Shown in pieces: positions 1 through 10,543 of a stretch of DNA of 38,881 bases. Positions within the stretch are counted from its first letter, which is position 1, and every line of letters starts with the position of its first letter. Location of the stretch: the IMG/VR virus record IMGVR_UViG_3300032287_001413, positions 1 to 38,881 of that record, one strand, 5' to 3'. A program made the translations under genes and the position numbers. The notes below the pieces were generated by a model. That model was given only the letters and a program-made list of their open reading frames with translations. It was not told the origin of the DNA and ran no database searches. Source of the DNA: a virus. Taxonomy: Duplodnaviria > Caudoviricetes.

Positions 1-1
1 A

Positions 2-298
2 ACCTGACGAACCAGAGTTTACTACAGTAGCGGAAGAACCCGCCGCTCCTGTTGTGACCGTTCCAACTGCGATAGTCGCCGCTGAACCAGTAGGTCCAGT
101 GTTACCACGGGGAAGTGTAAAGTCAAAAATTGCGGCGCTGGCGGTACCAACATTTGTAACAACTGCCGAGCCACCAGCGGCGCTGGCGGTAACAGTTCCA
201 ACTGCAACCGTGGCAGGAGTACCAGCGGGTCCTATTGAACCAGCAGTACCAAAGTTAACCCACTGAGTACCGTCCCAGACGTAAGATGCTTTAGCCAT
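2..298 (-). CDS. Tail fibre/collagen-like repeat protein, 5' part (runs off window)
   Basis: Not in the ORF track. ATG at 298 overlaps the upstream stop (TAATG). Translates [83 protein letters not shown]..., with a repeated AT(I/V)AVGTVT unit typical of phage fibre proteins. Confidence 0.8.
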   Translation of the reverse strand, partial: MAKASYVWDGTQWVNFGTAGSIGPAGTPATVAVGTVTASAAGGSAVVTNVGTASAAIFDFTLPRGNTGPTGSAATIAVGTVTTGAAGSSATVVNSGSSG

Positions 299-1884
299 TA
301 TGCCATCTCCGCACTTGCTGTCCAGTGTGCATTAAAAGGAGTTCCCACTGCGCCAAGCCCGCCGCTTTTATTTAATCTAGGCAAAGATTTTTCATTTCCG
401 CCAAGCAAAGTAATACCAGTAACATCCGCTCCAGAAACATTATTTCTTGCAGAACCAGCGGCAACTGAACCATTTGTACTATAAATGGCAAACGTAGGAG
501 CGGCTCTCATTGATGTTGGAAGCGGACCCCCATTTCCAGAATCAGATGTATTAATACAAATAAAAGTAGCACCATCAGTTACGTTTGTTAGTGCTTGTAA
601 AGCGGTTCCAATTGGATAAGAAGTTTGATAATACCTTTGACATAAATTTAATTGTGTTCCAAAAGGTAAATACTCAAACGGAGTAGCAATTGTTCCTTGT
701 TCTAATTGAACTCCAGTAATGTCAAAATAATCATTTGCTCCAGCCGTACCTGTAGCAAAATAAAGAAATTGAACATTTAATTCTGTTGCAGTAGAAGGAA
801 CTGAATAAGTATAAGAAAATTTTTGCCATGAAGTAGTTAAAGTTGAAGTTCCAACAGTTGTATTGGTTTGACCCGTCCAAGTTTGATTAATGACTCCTAA
901 TGTACCTTGGTCAATTCCAGTTCCTTGATTAACAACTACAGTTAAAGCGCTAGAAGCACTAGAAAAGTTAGCACCTGCTCTAGCCCAAAAAGATAAAGTT
1001 AATGTTTTTCCTTGAACTCCATAAACATTTGCTGATTCAATAGTTTGACCAACAGCAATAGCCGCAGTTCCAGTATTAGATGCTTGTCTTCCCACCCTTA
1101 AAATATTAAAAAATCCTGTTAAAGTTGCTGTTGTTGAATAAATAGGAGCACCAACGGTAGAAAGTCCACTAAATACCCACCATCTGTCAGCAGTAAATTG
1201 ATAGACGTTAGTAGTAGTTGTAAGTGTAGCCCTTTGTTTAACTCTCATGTCGCCATTAATTAAAAGATTACGAAAACCAGCAAGTTGACCGCTATTTAAA
1301 GAACTTACAATGGGGTCGGTTAAAGTTTTGTTTGTAAGAGTTTCAGTTCCGTCAATAGTAGCAAAATCAGCATCAGACATTGCAGTATTGAACTGGGCTT
1401 TTGTACCTGTCAAAGTATTGCTAGTTAAGTTAATTGTCTTGTTGGTAAACGTCATTGCGTATGTAGCAACATCGTAAATGTCTACATCGGACTCAATCCA
1501 GACATCTCCAATAGCAGGGGAAGTTGGAGCATTAGCCTGATAAGCCACATTGCCAGAACCACCACCACCGCCAGCAGAACCGTATGGAGCCAACTGACCA
1601 ATAGCAAAAATGTCAGTGTTATCTGTTACAAGCCAAACAGCCTGATTAACGTCAGGGGTAAAGTTACCAAAAAGTTTAATGCCAGCAGTTACAACGGCAT
1701 TTCCAGAGTCATCAGTTGCTCCAGCAATTTGAACGTCAACTGTATTGCTAATGGAACTGTAGGCAATTACTTTACCTTGCCTAAAACGAACTGGGTTTGT
1801 TTCAGATGCAAGAGACTTTTTGAGTAAATCAAAATTTCCGCCAATAGCAGGACGGCGATTAGGCTGTGGACTTGTCCTAGCCAT
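298..1884 (-). CDS. Minor tail / receptor-binding fibre protein with carbohydrate-binding-like domain
   Basis: 528 aa. TLTNKTL repeats and the RNLLINGDM...ADRW...[13 protein letters not shown]...LCQRYY signature common in phage fibre proteins. Located at the distal end of the tail module. Confidence 0.8.
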   Translation of the reverse strand: MARTSPQPNRRPAIGGNFDLLKKSLASETNPVRFRQGKVIAYSSISNTVDVQIAGATDDSGNAVVTAGIKLFGNFTPDVNQAVWLVTDNTDIFAIGQLAPYGSAGGGGGSGNVAYQANAPTSPAIGDVWIESDVDIYDVATYAMTFTNKTINLTSNTLTGTKAQFNTAMSDADFATIDGTETLTNKTLTDPIVSSLNSGQLAGFRNLLINGDMRVKQRATLTTTTNVYQFTADRWWVFSGLSTVGAPIYSTTATLTGFFNILRVGRQASNTGTAAIAVGQTIESANVYGVQGKTLTLSFWARAGANFSSASSALTVVVNQGTGIDQGTLGVINQTWTGQTNTTVGTSTLTTSWQKFSYTYSVPSTATELNVQFLYFATGTAGANDYFDITGVQLEQGTIATPFEYLPFGTQLNLCQRYYQTSYPIGTALQALTNVTDGATFICINTSDSGNGGPLPTSMRAAPTFAIYSTNGSVAAGSARNNVSGADVTGITLLGGNEKSLPRLNKSGGLGAVGTPFNAHWTASAEMA

Positions 1885-1887
1885 GAG

Positions 1888-3081
1888 TTAAATCTTAACT
1901 ATGTAATTGACATCAATGTATGGCGGAATGTTAGAAATTGTATCGCTTGTGCCTTGACCGTGAGTATGTGCGCCTTCTCCGCCACTTGTGTTAAACGCCG
2001 CAATGTCAATTGTGTGAGAGTGAGTTGTAGAAGTGGTTGTTGAATCATTGCCACCATTGTAAGAAGCACCAGCAGAAGTATTTCCATCACTAGCACCATC
2101 TGAGGTATTTGAATAAGCATTGGTTCGGTAAGGATTACCTGTGCTATTTCCAGCACTTGCACCATCTGTAGAATTACTATAAACACCACCTCTAATTGAA
2201 CCATTTGTTCCTTCTTCACCAATATTAATGGTAACGCTGTGAGTGTGGTTTTGGTTTGCGTGGTTATAGCCAGTTCCAGTTCCTTGAAAAACTGTGTTAT
2301 TGGAACTTGAAGCATTAGAAGTATCTGAAACAGATGGCGGATTATAGTTGTGTGTATGCGCCATGTCGTGAGAGTGGTCAGTGGTATTGTGCGTGTGAGC
2401 AAAACCATGAGAGTGGTCGGGCGTTGTATGGTAGTGGTCGTCAACAACGTGGGAGTGACCACCATCACCGCTTTGTGTAAATGCTGGAACATTTACTTCG
2501 TGATTGTGTCCACCAGCGGAACCCGTACTTAAACCAGTATTTGTGTGTTGGTGAGTAGCGGAACCACCAGCAGTTCCAGAAAGAGTTCCAGTAAGAGCAG
2601 AACCACGAGCAAAACGCTCACGCATATCTGGCAAATTAAAAGTAGTAGAACCGTTACCAGCACCGTATCGTGTTCCAAATAAATCAAAAAGACTGCTGTA
2701 AGTAGAACGAGAAACTGCACTACCAGTACAAAATAACCAACCATTTGGAGCGGTAGTTCCTAAATACTGAACCATTGCTCCAGTAGGAACTGTACCCGCC
2801 AATGGGTCAACTGATGCTGAGATAGAAATGTTTGCAGAACCGTCAAAAGATGCTGAACCTGACAAACTTCCAGTAAGAGAAATTGTTCTACCAGTTGCTA
2901 ACCTTGTGGCAGTAGTTGAATTACCATTAATGTCAATAACAGGCAGTACGCCATTAAAGGCACCACCGCCAGTAGCGTTTAAATAGTTATCAATGTCTTC
3001 CGCTAACTGACGTATATCGCGTGGAATGTCTGGGTCATCAGCAGAAACGGGGTATCTAAACCCGCTTGTAGTTGTTGCCAT
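1888..3081 (-). CDS. Tail fibre protein with tail-collar domain and HxH repeats
   Basis: VPTGAMVQYLGTTAPNGWLFCTGSAVSRSTYSSLF...FNLPDMR is a tail-collar domain. Many HxH motifs follow, and the C-terminus is NIPPYIDVNYIVKI. Confidence 0.88.
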   Translation of the reverse strand: MATTTSGFRYPVSADDPDIPRDIRQLAEDIDNYLNATGGGAFNGVLPVIDINGNSTTATRLATGRTISLTGSLSGSASFDGSANISISASVDPLAGTVPTGAMVQYLGTTAPNGWLFCTGSAVSRSTYSSLFDLFGTRYGAGNGSTTFNLPDMRERFARGSALTGTLSGTAGGSATHQHTNTGLSTGSAGGHNHEVNVPAFTQSGDGGHSHVVDDHYHTTPDHSHGFAHTHNTTDHSHDMAHTHNYNPPSVSDTSNASSSNNTVFQGTGTGYNHANQNHTHSVTINIGEEGTNGSIRGGVYSNSTDGASAGNSTGNPYRTNAYSNTSDGASDGNTSAGASYNGGNDSTTTSTTHSHTIDIAAFNTSGGEGAHTHGQGTSDTISNIPPYIDVNYIVKI

Positions 3082-3116
3082 TTACAAATCTCCTTTTGCG
3101 AATCTCATAATTTTAC

Positions 3117-4388
3117 CTAACTAAGCCCTACGTTTGCCGCTAGGAAACGAACTGAGCGAGCCTTTGCAGACATTGACTCAGTGGGTGATAAAGGAATTGA
3201 CATTGAGTCAATAATCAAAACTACGTTAATTCTGGTTCCAGAATTCTGAACTTGAACAATGTCATAAACATCATGGGCTGGATTCACAATCTGCGACCAT
3301 GAGATTTCTTCAGCCGCACCTGTGTAACGACCTAAGAGTTTTTGAGCGGAAGATTGAGCAACTTCAGGGCTTGTTAAAAGGGTGGAAGTTAAGAAAATTG
3401 GAACTTCACCGAATGGACCGTACCGATAGGTAGGGGAGTTAACGTCATCATCCCATGCTTCTGCTCTGTATGGTTCTAGCATTGCAGTTCCCTCAGCGGT
3501 TAAAACAACGCCATTGTATGTGTACTCAGTTGTCAACCTACGGTTAACTCCAAGCAACATTGCTTCTTCATTTTCAATGTAATAAGTAGATGGTGTTGCG
3601 GTACTTGGGTCTGGAAAGGCTTGCATTGAACAAACACCTTCAGGGTTAAAATACAAGTCGTATCCAGATTTCTCTGCTACTGACACTGCTCCAGCCCAAG
3701 GGTCAGTTCCAGTTTGAAATACAAGTTGATTAATTTGCAAGTCAACAGCAGGTAAATCTAATTCAATGTCGGTAAATCTATCTTCTAAAATTTCAGTTAA
3801 AACATCAACTAAGTTACCAGCAGTAGCAACATACGGAGCAGTCCAACGATTTCTTGAAATTTTTAAAGAGCGGTCAACTCCATTTACATTAATGACTACA
3901 CCTTGGTCATTGTCAGAAATTTCAACATTGGTAATAATAAAAACTCCAAGAGGAACTTCTTCAACTGACCCATCATCGTAGGTAACACCGCGCCAAACGT
4001 GAATTTCATTACCAAATGGGCTTAATGGAGAAAATCCTGTTTCTGGAACGAATTCTGCTGGTGGCAAATCAACGTCATAGCGAGAAATAAATTTCAGTAC
4101 AGGATAGGCAGAAACAAAACTATCAATAGTGGCATAATCTACATATTCATCAGCAACGTCCGAATAGGTATTGTAAATAGGAACTCTAACTACGGTATTT
4201 CTTGTTGAAGAATCTGCCAACGAAAGATTTAATGTTCTACGGGCTAAATTTCTAGAATCAACTGTTACATTTCCAGAATTAGGATACAGGATAAGTACAG
4301 TTCTATTTCCTGACCGAACTTCAACTCGTATAGAACTATTGTGGGTATAGCGAATTGTTTCTAAAAATGCAGGGGTTACGGCATACAT
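3117..4388 (-). CDS. Minor tail protein (baseplate hub-like)
   Basis: 423 aa, second gene after the tape measure. PFGNEIHVWRGV...EVPLGVF and SPTYRYGPFGEVP motifs resemble actinophage minor tail proteins. Confidence 0.75.
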   Translation of the reverse strand: MYAVTPAFLETIRYTHNSSIRVEVRSGNRTVLILYPNSGNVTVDSRNLARRTLNLSLADSSTRNTVVRVPIYNTYSDVADEYVDYATIDSFVSAYPVLKFISRYDVDLPPAEFVPETGFSPLSPFGNEIHVWRGVTYDDGSVEEVPLGVFIITNVEISDNDQGVVINVNGVDRSLKISRNRWTAPYVATAGNLVDVLTEILEDRFTDIELDLPAVDLQINQLVFQTGTDPWAGAVSVAEKSGYDLYFNPEGVCSMQAFPDPSTATPSTYYIENEEAMLLGVNRRLTTEYTYNGVVLTAEGTAMLEPYRAEAWDDDVNSPTYRYGPFGEVPIFLTSTLLTSPEVAQSSAQKLLGRYTGAAEEISWSQIVNPAHDVYDIVQVQNSGTRINVVLIIDSMSIPLSPTESMSAKARSVRFLAANVGLS

Positions 4389-6187
4389 TAATACGCCTCA
4401 ATTTCTACATAATCAACACTCACGCGCCGAATTCGTCTACCAGAAGTTCCCCCCATTTGCCAAGAACGAGAAATCAAACGAACGTATTTTTGTGTTCCGT
4501 ATGGGTCTTGAACAAGAAGTTTTCCTTGGTAGCGCAAAATGGTTTCTAGCAAATTAAATTCGCTATCGTTAATGGTTGTAATTGTGTACTGACCATCGTT
4601 TCCATAAACATAACCGCCAACTACAACTGGAGTGGTTCTGCCAAGTGGTCTAAATACTGCAACAGATTCAGTAAAACCTTCTGAAATTCCATTTGCAACT
4701 CTAATTCCACCTAAATTTAAAGTAGAATCCGAAACTGCTTTAAACCACCATGTAGCATCATTTGAAATTGCAACAGTTAAATTAGAAGAATAGTTTGAAG
4801 TAGATAAATTTTCTCCCAGTACACCAATAGCAGAAACGCGATACACGACATTTTGCCCTCTTGGTGCTTCATGGTCAATAATAGAAACAGTAAATGTGCC
4901 ATCTGGTACTAAAGCATCTGCTCCTCTTACGTCAACCCAAGTATTTGCTCCATCATCTGAGCGCTCAATGTGAAAGTATTGTGAGTCAAAACCTAACGCA
5001 ACAACACTTGCTCCAACAGCACTAAGGCTTACATAATTTAAACTCGAATTGTAAGTAGCAGATAAAGTTGGAATTGTGGGTGTAACAACATCTTGAGTGT
5101 ATTGATTAAAGTCCCATTGAGAATAAAGAATGTTGCCAGCAATAACTTTTCCACTGCGTAAATAAACACGATACACACCATCTACAAGAAGCGTTCCACC
5201 AGTTATACCAGTGCTAAAGTCACCCGAAGCAATTTCTCCAGAATCATAAATTGGAATAGAAGTTGTTGGATTAAATCCAACTGCTCCATACTGCGCCGCA
5301 GTAAAAAACTTAATCTGGTAGTAATCCTGCTGGTCTCCATCCGAATCAGTGTAAGTCCACTCAATTGTTGGAGATGAGGTAGTTGACACAACGGTTGTTG
5401 AAAATACTGTATGAACACCAGATTGGGTTCCACTGGTATTAATTTTTGTTCCAGCGGTTGCAAGAGCAGAAGTAGTTGAAAGATTAAAAGTATTTGTAAG
5501 TGGATTTGTTACATAATAAACGGTATTTGCTGTTAAACCAGTTGGTAAGGCTCCTGTGGTTGTAAAATAAACAGGCGCTCCAACTGCTAACCCATGAGCG
5601 TTATTGGTAACAACTGCTGGAGAAGCGATTGTGATTGTTGCAGTAGTTCCAGCGCTTGTTCCTGCTGGGGCAGTAATGTTTACGGTTGGTTCATTAGCGA
5701 CATCTATGTCTACATAAACTTCATTTAAAGTTGCTTGAAAAGTATTTTCTCGATACTCGCTAAATTGAGCGCGTATGCCATTTAATCTAGATTGTGTCCA
5801 TTCTTGACCATCTGGAGAAGTTGAGTACCAAGGACCTGTAAATAAAGTTTCAGTTAAATACTCACCACGGACAGCAATTGGAGTTGTGTAACTAGCAGTA
5901 CCGCCAAGAAGAATACCCAACTGAGCGTCAAATTTTCCAGTATTATCTGCGGTCTTTGCTTTAATACGCAATCTAACTTGGCGAACTCTTTGGGTAGCGG
6001 AAAGAGTAACTGTGTCAGGAAATGTAAAAGAACAGCGCTGGGTTCCAGTTAAAGAACCGTCTTTTTTAATACCAGTTGTGTTTACATCATCTGCAAGACC
6101 AGCAACTTTAGTAGCCGCCGCTCCTACCTTAAGAAAGTTAGCAACTCCAGTGCCATCAGCATTTGGACGAATAGTTGTAACAGCCAT
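4388..6187 (-). CDS. Minor tail protein (distal tail-like) with inserted beta-rich domains
   Basis: 599 aa directly after the tape measure (TAATG overlap). Thr/Ser/Gly-rich, with an internal HGLAVGAPVYFTTTGALPTGL..NTVYYV module and a Dit-like C-terminal region. Confidence 0.72.
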   Translation of the reverse strand: MAVTTIRPNADGTGVANFLKVGAAATKVAGLADDVNTTGIKKDGSLTGTQRCSFTFPDTVTLSATQRVRQVRLRIKAKTADNTGKFDAQLGILLGGTASYTTPIAVRGEYLTETLFTGPWYSTSPDGQEWTQSRLNGIRAQFSEYRENTFQATLNEVYVDIDVANEPTVNITAPAGTSAGTTATITIASPAVVTNNAHGLAVGAPVYFTTTGALPTGLTANTVYYVTNPLTNTFNLSTTSALATAGTKINTSGTQSGVHTVFSTTVVSTTSSPTIEWTYTDSDGDQQDYYQIKFFTAAQYGAVGFNPTTSIPIYDSGEIASGDFSTGITGGTLLVDGVYRVYLRSGKVIAGNILYSQWDFNQYTQDVVTPTIPTLSATYNSSLNYVSLSAVGASVVALGFDSQYFHIERSDDGANTWVDVRGADALVPDGTFTVSIIDHEAPRGQNVVYRVSAIGVLGENLSTSNYSSNLTVAISNDATWWFKAVSDSTLNLGGIRVANGISEGFTESVAVFRPLGRTTPVVVGGYVYGNDGQYTITTINDSEFNLLETILRYQGKLLVQDPYGTQKYVRLISRSWQMGGTSGRRIRRVSVDYVEIEAY

Positions 6188-9100
6188 TATGAAGCCCTCG
6201 AATTCGCTAGTTCGCGTGCCAACTCAGCCATTGCTTCTGCAATTGCCGAATTAACTGTTTCTCTAATGTCAGTTCTTGTTTCGTTATCCAAGTTATCGCC
6301 AAAGATAATTTGAACTGCACCCTCTTTAATCTCAATTTTTGTGTTGACTACACCCTTGGCTTCTTCAGTTCCCATACCGAACTGAGAACGCGCCGCAATG
6401 TCACCAATTGCCGAACCTGCAAGGTCAATACCGCTTTGGAAACTATTAACTTGGCTTACAGCAGACTGACCTTCCTTAACAAGAGCGGCCGCCATGGCGC
6501 CACCAGCAACAGGACCCGCTGAGATAAGTTCTTGAAGCGATGCGTTGTTAAGACCAAGACCAGCGAGAGTGCGTAAGTCGGTACCAAACTTAGTAATCTT
6601 GGCAAGACGCTGGCGCATATTGTCAATAATCATGTTTGCGGTAACTGGGACACCTTGGTCGGGAGAAAGACTTGCAATACCGCCAAAGTCGTTAATTCCC
6701 TTTTTAACTTGGTCTGAGAAAGCCAAAACTTCTTGCGCTTGTTTTTGAATCTCGGATAGTGCAGATTTAGCGGCTTCTGTAATTCTTTTAAGTCTTTCAG
6801 CCGCTCTTTGAGCCGCTCCATCAGCACCATCAGCAATGTCGTCCATTGCATCTGTAACTGGGTCAAATAAAGTTTCGGATTCTTTTCCGATTGCTTTGTC
6901 TGCGGTATCAAACATACCTTGAACAAGGTCAAGGAATCCAGAAATACCTTCTGTAAGATTTTGTGTAAATGAAGTTGAAGTAAAATTAAGTACGTTAGTT
7001 GCGGCGCTTCTTAACCAAGTTGCCGCAACATTAGCGGCCGCAACTAGAGTATTTGCAATTCCAGTACCCCAGTCCTTACTGGTAAAGTCTGTAATTTTTT
7101 TAGCAATACCTTGCAAGAAAGTACCAGCAGTTTTAGCGCCATTAGAAAGACCTGCAACGTAACTTTCAACAAAAGTGCCTACGTCTATCTTTTCAATTTT
7201 CTTTGCAGTGTTGTTTAGTCCTCTTTCAATTCCTCTTAATGCTTTAGCCCCAGCATTAGTAAAAGCAAATACTTTGTCCGTCCAACTGCCCATGTTTTTA
7301 GCCGCTTCTTCAGCAGAATTATTTCCGCCTTTAAAAACTCCTGTAATAGCGTCTACAATTCCTTTAACAAGGTTTTTAGCGGCGCTAAATACTCCACTAA
7401 GAAGTTTTCCAAGTATTGTTAAAACACCTTTAGCAAAATCAGCAACAACCTTGCCAATTTTATTAAATCCTTGAGTAAAGCCGTCCCCAAATTCTGCAAC
7501 TGCTTCCAATAAACCAGCGTACAAACCAATTATGTTTGCAAAACTTTTAATAAAAAATACAACAACATTTTTAATTACATCGCCCACAAAAGTCCATACA
7601 GCAGTAATAGCCTTAGCAAAACCAGAACCAGATGACATTAATTTAGAATAAGCAAGAAGCAAATCGGCAAAATAGTTAATTACTCCAGCAATAACAAATC
7701 CAACTGCTTTTATGATTCCGTTAAATACCAAAATAAATAGGTCTCTTAGCGCTCCGCCTTGACCCATTACTTTTGCAAAACCTTCAAGCAAACTGGCAAA
7801 AGTATTAAGCACAAAAGCAATTCCAGCGCCGACTACCTTGGCAACTTGGTCAATTACTTGAGTCATTACATTTCTAAATGTTTCTGATGTACGCCATAAG
7901 TAAACAAATGCTGTAACTAATGCCAGAATTGAAAGAATAGGTAACAAAAGCGAAGACGCTAAAATTTTGTTATAAAAATCAAGTATTTTTACTTTAGCCG
8001 CAGTTATTACTGCCCAGTTTGAATATAATTGGAACGCAATTGTGGCTACCCCAATGCCAGCCGCTAAAGCGTAAACCATGTCTTTATGGCTTGCCATCCA
8101 TGTAGTTGTTTTTAAAATTACACTAGCCAAACCATTAACTACGGCAACTAAACTAGCAACAGCAAAAGCAAAAACTCCACCTAAAGCGCCAGAAACTTCC
8201 ATAGCCATGTCTTTTAACGGAGCAAATGCTTTAAACAAATTTACAAATGCTTCTTGTAGTTGAGGAACTGTTAAAATAAGGGCAACAAAACCAGCAATAA
8301 GTGGACCCCCAGCACCAATTGAGCCAAGTAGATTTCCTATTATTGGTACGCCCTGAAGCAAACTTCTACCAAAGAAAACACTTAACGCACTGCCAACTGC
8401 GGCAATAATAGGAAGAAATTTAGCAAAACTTTCTGATAATGCTCTGGTTCTAGTTTCAATTTCAGCAGACGCTCCAGCAACTCCAACAATACGCTCTCTA
8501 TACATTTGAACCGTGTCTGAAGTTTTCTGAATTTGAGTTAAAAACTTTTTAAGGGCGTCCATTCCAGCAGTAATTGGGGCAACCATGTAAGTAAATGCCC
8601 TACCGATAGCGTCAACTATTGGAGTAAGCGCTCCACCGTCACGAACTAATGCAGTAAAGGCTTTAGTTGCGTTGTAGGTGCTAAGAATTAAGGGTCCAAA
8701 TGCTGAGGTCAATCCTTGACCAACTGCTACTTGAATTTCGTTAAACAAACGGGGGAACGAACGCAAAACTTTTGCTGGTTCCTTCATTGCCGCTTCATAG
8801 ACGCCAGCAACTTTAGCACCTTCGGCAATAACCATGTTTGTAATGGCTTGCTTTTTTTGATACTCAGTTAGGGATTTGGTAGTTGTATCATTTGCACGAG
8901 CGTATTCCTCAAAGGCTTGTGACGCGGTTTTGGTAATACCAAGGTGACGCAACATCAAGGTGTCTTGGTTCATAATTGCGTAAGTTAAACGCATTGCGGT
9001 ATCTGTAGAGTTTGCACCAGACAAAACCGCTAAGTCCTGAGCAACACGGGCAACCTTAGATGAATCTGATAATTGCAAATTAGCCTTGGCATACAACAAA

Positions 9101-9507
9101 ACCATTTGTTGAGCGGCCGCCATCTCAATACCGTTGTCACGAACTGCAAGTGTCGCTTCACGCATTGCTTTGTAACCAAGACCAGTTGATTTACCAACTG
9201 CCCGCATTGCAACGTCCATTTCGTTGACTTGCGCGGCGGCGTGAAATGATTTAACGCCAAAAGCAATAATGGCACCGCCAGCAATAGCACTAACAGCACC
9301 TAATCCCATTAATGTTTTATGAGCAATGCCAGCGCTACCAGCAAAACTTTGAATTTGCTGATTTGCGCCATTCATGGAAGCGCCAGCGTTTTTTAATGAA
9401 CCTCCAAAAGCATCTGCGGATTGCGCCGCTTGGTTCATGTTACGAACAAAGTTAGAAGCGTCAGCGGATATACGGGCTAGTACATCCGTTACGATTGCGT
9501 CTGCCAC
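6187..9507 (-). CDS. Tape measure protein
   Basis: 1106 aa, Ala/Gly-rich and helical with hydrophobic stretches. N-terminal VLARISADASNF. Follows the tail chaperone genes. Confidence 0.95.
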   Translation of the reverse strand: MADAIVTDVLARISADASNFVRNMNQAAQSADAFGGSLKNAGASMNGANQQIQSFAGSAGIAHKTLMGLGAVSAIAGGAIIAFGVKSFHAAAQVNEMDVAMRAVGKSTGLGYKAMREATLAVRDNGIEMAAAQQMVLLYAKANLQLSDSSKVARVAQDLAVLSGANSTDTAMRLTYAIMNQDTLMLRHLGITKTASQAFEEYARANDTTTKSLTEYQKKQAITNMVIAEGAKVAGVYEAAMKEPAKVLRSFPRLFNEIQVAVGQGLTSAFGPLILSTYNATKAFTALVRDGGALTPIVDAIGRAFTYMVAPITAGMDALKKFLTQIQKTSDTVQMYRERIVGVAGASAEIETRTRALSESFAKFLPIIAAVGSALSVFFGRSLLQGVPIIGNLLGSIGAGGPLIAGFVALILTVPQLQEAFVNLFKAFAPLKDMAMEVSGALGGVFAFAVASLVAVVNGLASVILKTTTWMASHKDMVYALAAGIGVATIAFQLYSNWAVITAAKVKILDFYNKILASSLLLPILSILALVTAFVYLWRTSETFRNVMTQVIDQVAKVVGAGIAFVLNTFASLLEGFAKVMGQGGALRDLFILVFNGIIKAVGFVIAGVINYFADLLLAYSKLMSSGSGFAKAITAVWTFVGDVIKNVVVFFIKSFANIIGLYAGLLEAVAEFGDGFTQGFNKIGKVVADFAKGVLTILGKLLSGVFSAAKNLVKGIVDAITGVFKGGNNSAEEAAKNMGSWTDKVFAFTNAGAKALRGIERGLNNTAKKIEKIDVGTFVESYVAGLSNGAKTAGTFLQGIAKKITDFTSKDWGTGIANTLVAAANVAATWLRSAATNVLNFTSTSFTQNLTEGISGFLDLVQGMFDTADKAIGKESETLFDPVTDAMDDIADGADGAAQRAAERLKRITEAAKSALSEIQKQAQEVLAFSDQVKKGINDFGGIASLSPDQGVPVTANMIIDNMRQRLAKITKFGTDLRTLAGLGLNNASLQELISAGPVAGGAMAAALVKEGQSAVSQVNSFQSGIDLAGSAIGDIAARSQFGMGTEEAKGVVNTKIEIKEGAVQIIFGDNLDNETRTDIRETVNSAIAEAMAELARELANSRAS

Positions 9508-9510
9508 TTT

Positions 9511-9714
9511 CTAACCTTTCCGTTTATTGGCTCTACGTTCCTCTTCAGCCCTTAAATTGTGTAAAGATTCCCACTCCATCAACTCATAGGCTGTAATGGG
9601 ACGATGGTTGGGGGAACCGTATAACAGTTCCCCCACCGTCCTACCCAATTTCTCGGCTAAGTCAAAAACAAATCTACGAGTCGGATGAGTCAGGAAATCG
9701 CTTTCCTGCATCAT
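9511..9714 (-). CDS. Tail assembly chaperone, second (T-like) ORF
   Basis: FVFDLAEKLGRTVGEL...ITAYELMEW is typical of the pre-tape-measure ORF. Overlaps the upstream chaperone by 41 nt. Confidence 0.75.
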   Translation of the reverse strand: MMQESDFLTHPTRRFVFDLAEKLGRTVGELLYGSPNHRPITAYELMEWESLHNLRAEEERRANKRKG

Positions 9715-10045
9715 CGCTCTCTTGCTTTGACAAACCTCCGACCTGCATACCTGCTTCAGCCAAACGGTCTAAAGCGGTGGCAGATTTAGCCATTAGTACA
9801 TCTCGGTCTGAAGGAGAGAAAATTTTCTCACCCGTTTCTGGGTCATGTGCAGAAGCAATTACGATATCTGGATACATGACTTTTAAGTCAACTGCTCCAG
9901 TAGTCGGATTAACTGCACTTTCCAGAATTGCTGTACGGTCAGCACCAGTCATTCCGCGAACTTCGATAGACATTCCCCATTCAGGGACTTCTACGATTTT
10001 CTTTGGAATATCGTCTGTTGCTAAGATTTGGTCACGGATGGACAC
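9674..10045 (-). CDS. Tail assembly chaperone (G-like)
   Basis: SIRDQILATDD....VEVPEWG..IEVRGMTG.DR motif. Lies between tail tube and tape measure. Confidence 0.85.
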   Translation of the reverse strand: MSIRDQILATDDIPKKIVEVPEWGMSIEVRGMTGADRTAILESAVNPTTGAVDLKVMYPDIVIASAHDPETGEKIFSPSDRDVLMAKSATALDRLAEAGMQVGGLSKQESDDAGKRFPDSSDS

Positions 10046-10098
10046 TTTTTCTCCTTGAGGTTAGGGGCACTAAAGCCACGTTTTTATTCAGTTATGTA

Positions 10099-10536
10099 TT
10101 ACGGAGTGATGTCGCGTGTAATGGTGCCAGTAACCTGCAACTCAAGTGAGAAGGTTACAACGTCACCAACAGAAGCGGATACTTCGTAAGATGTGATGAG
10201 TGCTTCACCCTGATACTCAGGGTTAGTTGATGCAATTGTTCCGCTGTTAGCACGGTATGTCCAAGAAGAACTTGTTACAGTTCCAGCAGACAGAGCGGCT
10301 TGAACAGCGTTAATCTGAGCATCAATAGTTGCATCAAATTTGCCAGAGACAGAAATTGTTGCATCGGATAGACCTACAATGTAGGACTTTGCGCTGGAAC
10401 CCATTGCTGTGGTTTCAGCAGTTTCGAGTGATTGTGAAAACGAGATGTCTTCAATCACGCTTGATAGGTCTACAAGTGAGCCAGCCGCGTTGTCTAATTC
10501 AAAGCGGGCGGATTTACCGTGACGAAATGTTGGCAT
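10099..10536 (-). CDS. Major tail (tube) protein
   Basis: Start reassigned to ATG 10536 (MPTFRHGK), with a GGAGG RBS upstream. ETAETTAMG...YIVGLSDATISVSG and YEVSASVGDVVTFSLELQVTG are tube-protein signatures. Confidence 0.85.
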   Translation of the reverse strand: MPTFRHGKSARFELDNAAGSLVDLSSVIEDISFSQSLETAETTAMGSSAKSYIVGLSDATISVSGKFDATIDAQINAVQAALSAGTVTSSSWTYRANSGTIASTNPEYQGEALITSYEVSASVGDVVTFSLELQVTGTITRDITP

Positions 10537-10543
10537 AGTGGTG

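Noticed and set aside
1899-2492. 197-aa alternate-frame ORF within the fibre gene
   Set aside because: Its Leu/Thr/Gln/Val-biased sequence is what a shifted frame of a Thr/Ser/Gly-rich gene yields; no independent motif.
298-3081. Diversity-generating retroelement acting on the fibre genes
   Set aside because: No reverse transcriptase and no template/variable repeat pair visible in the window.
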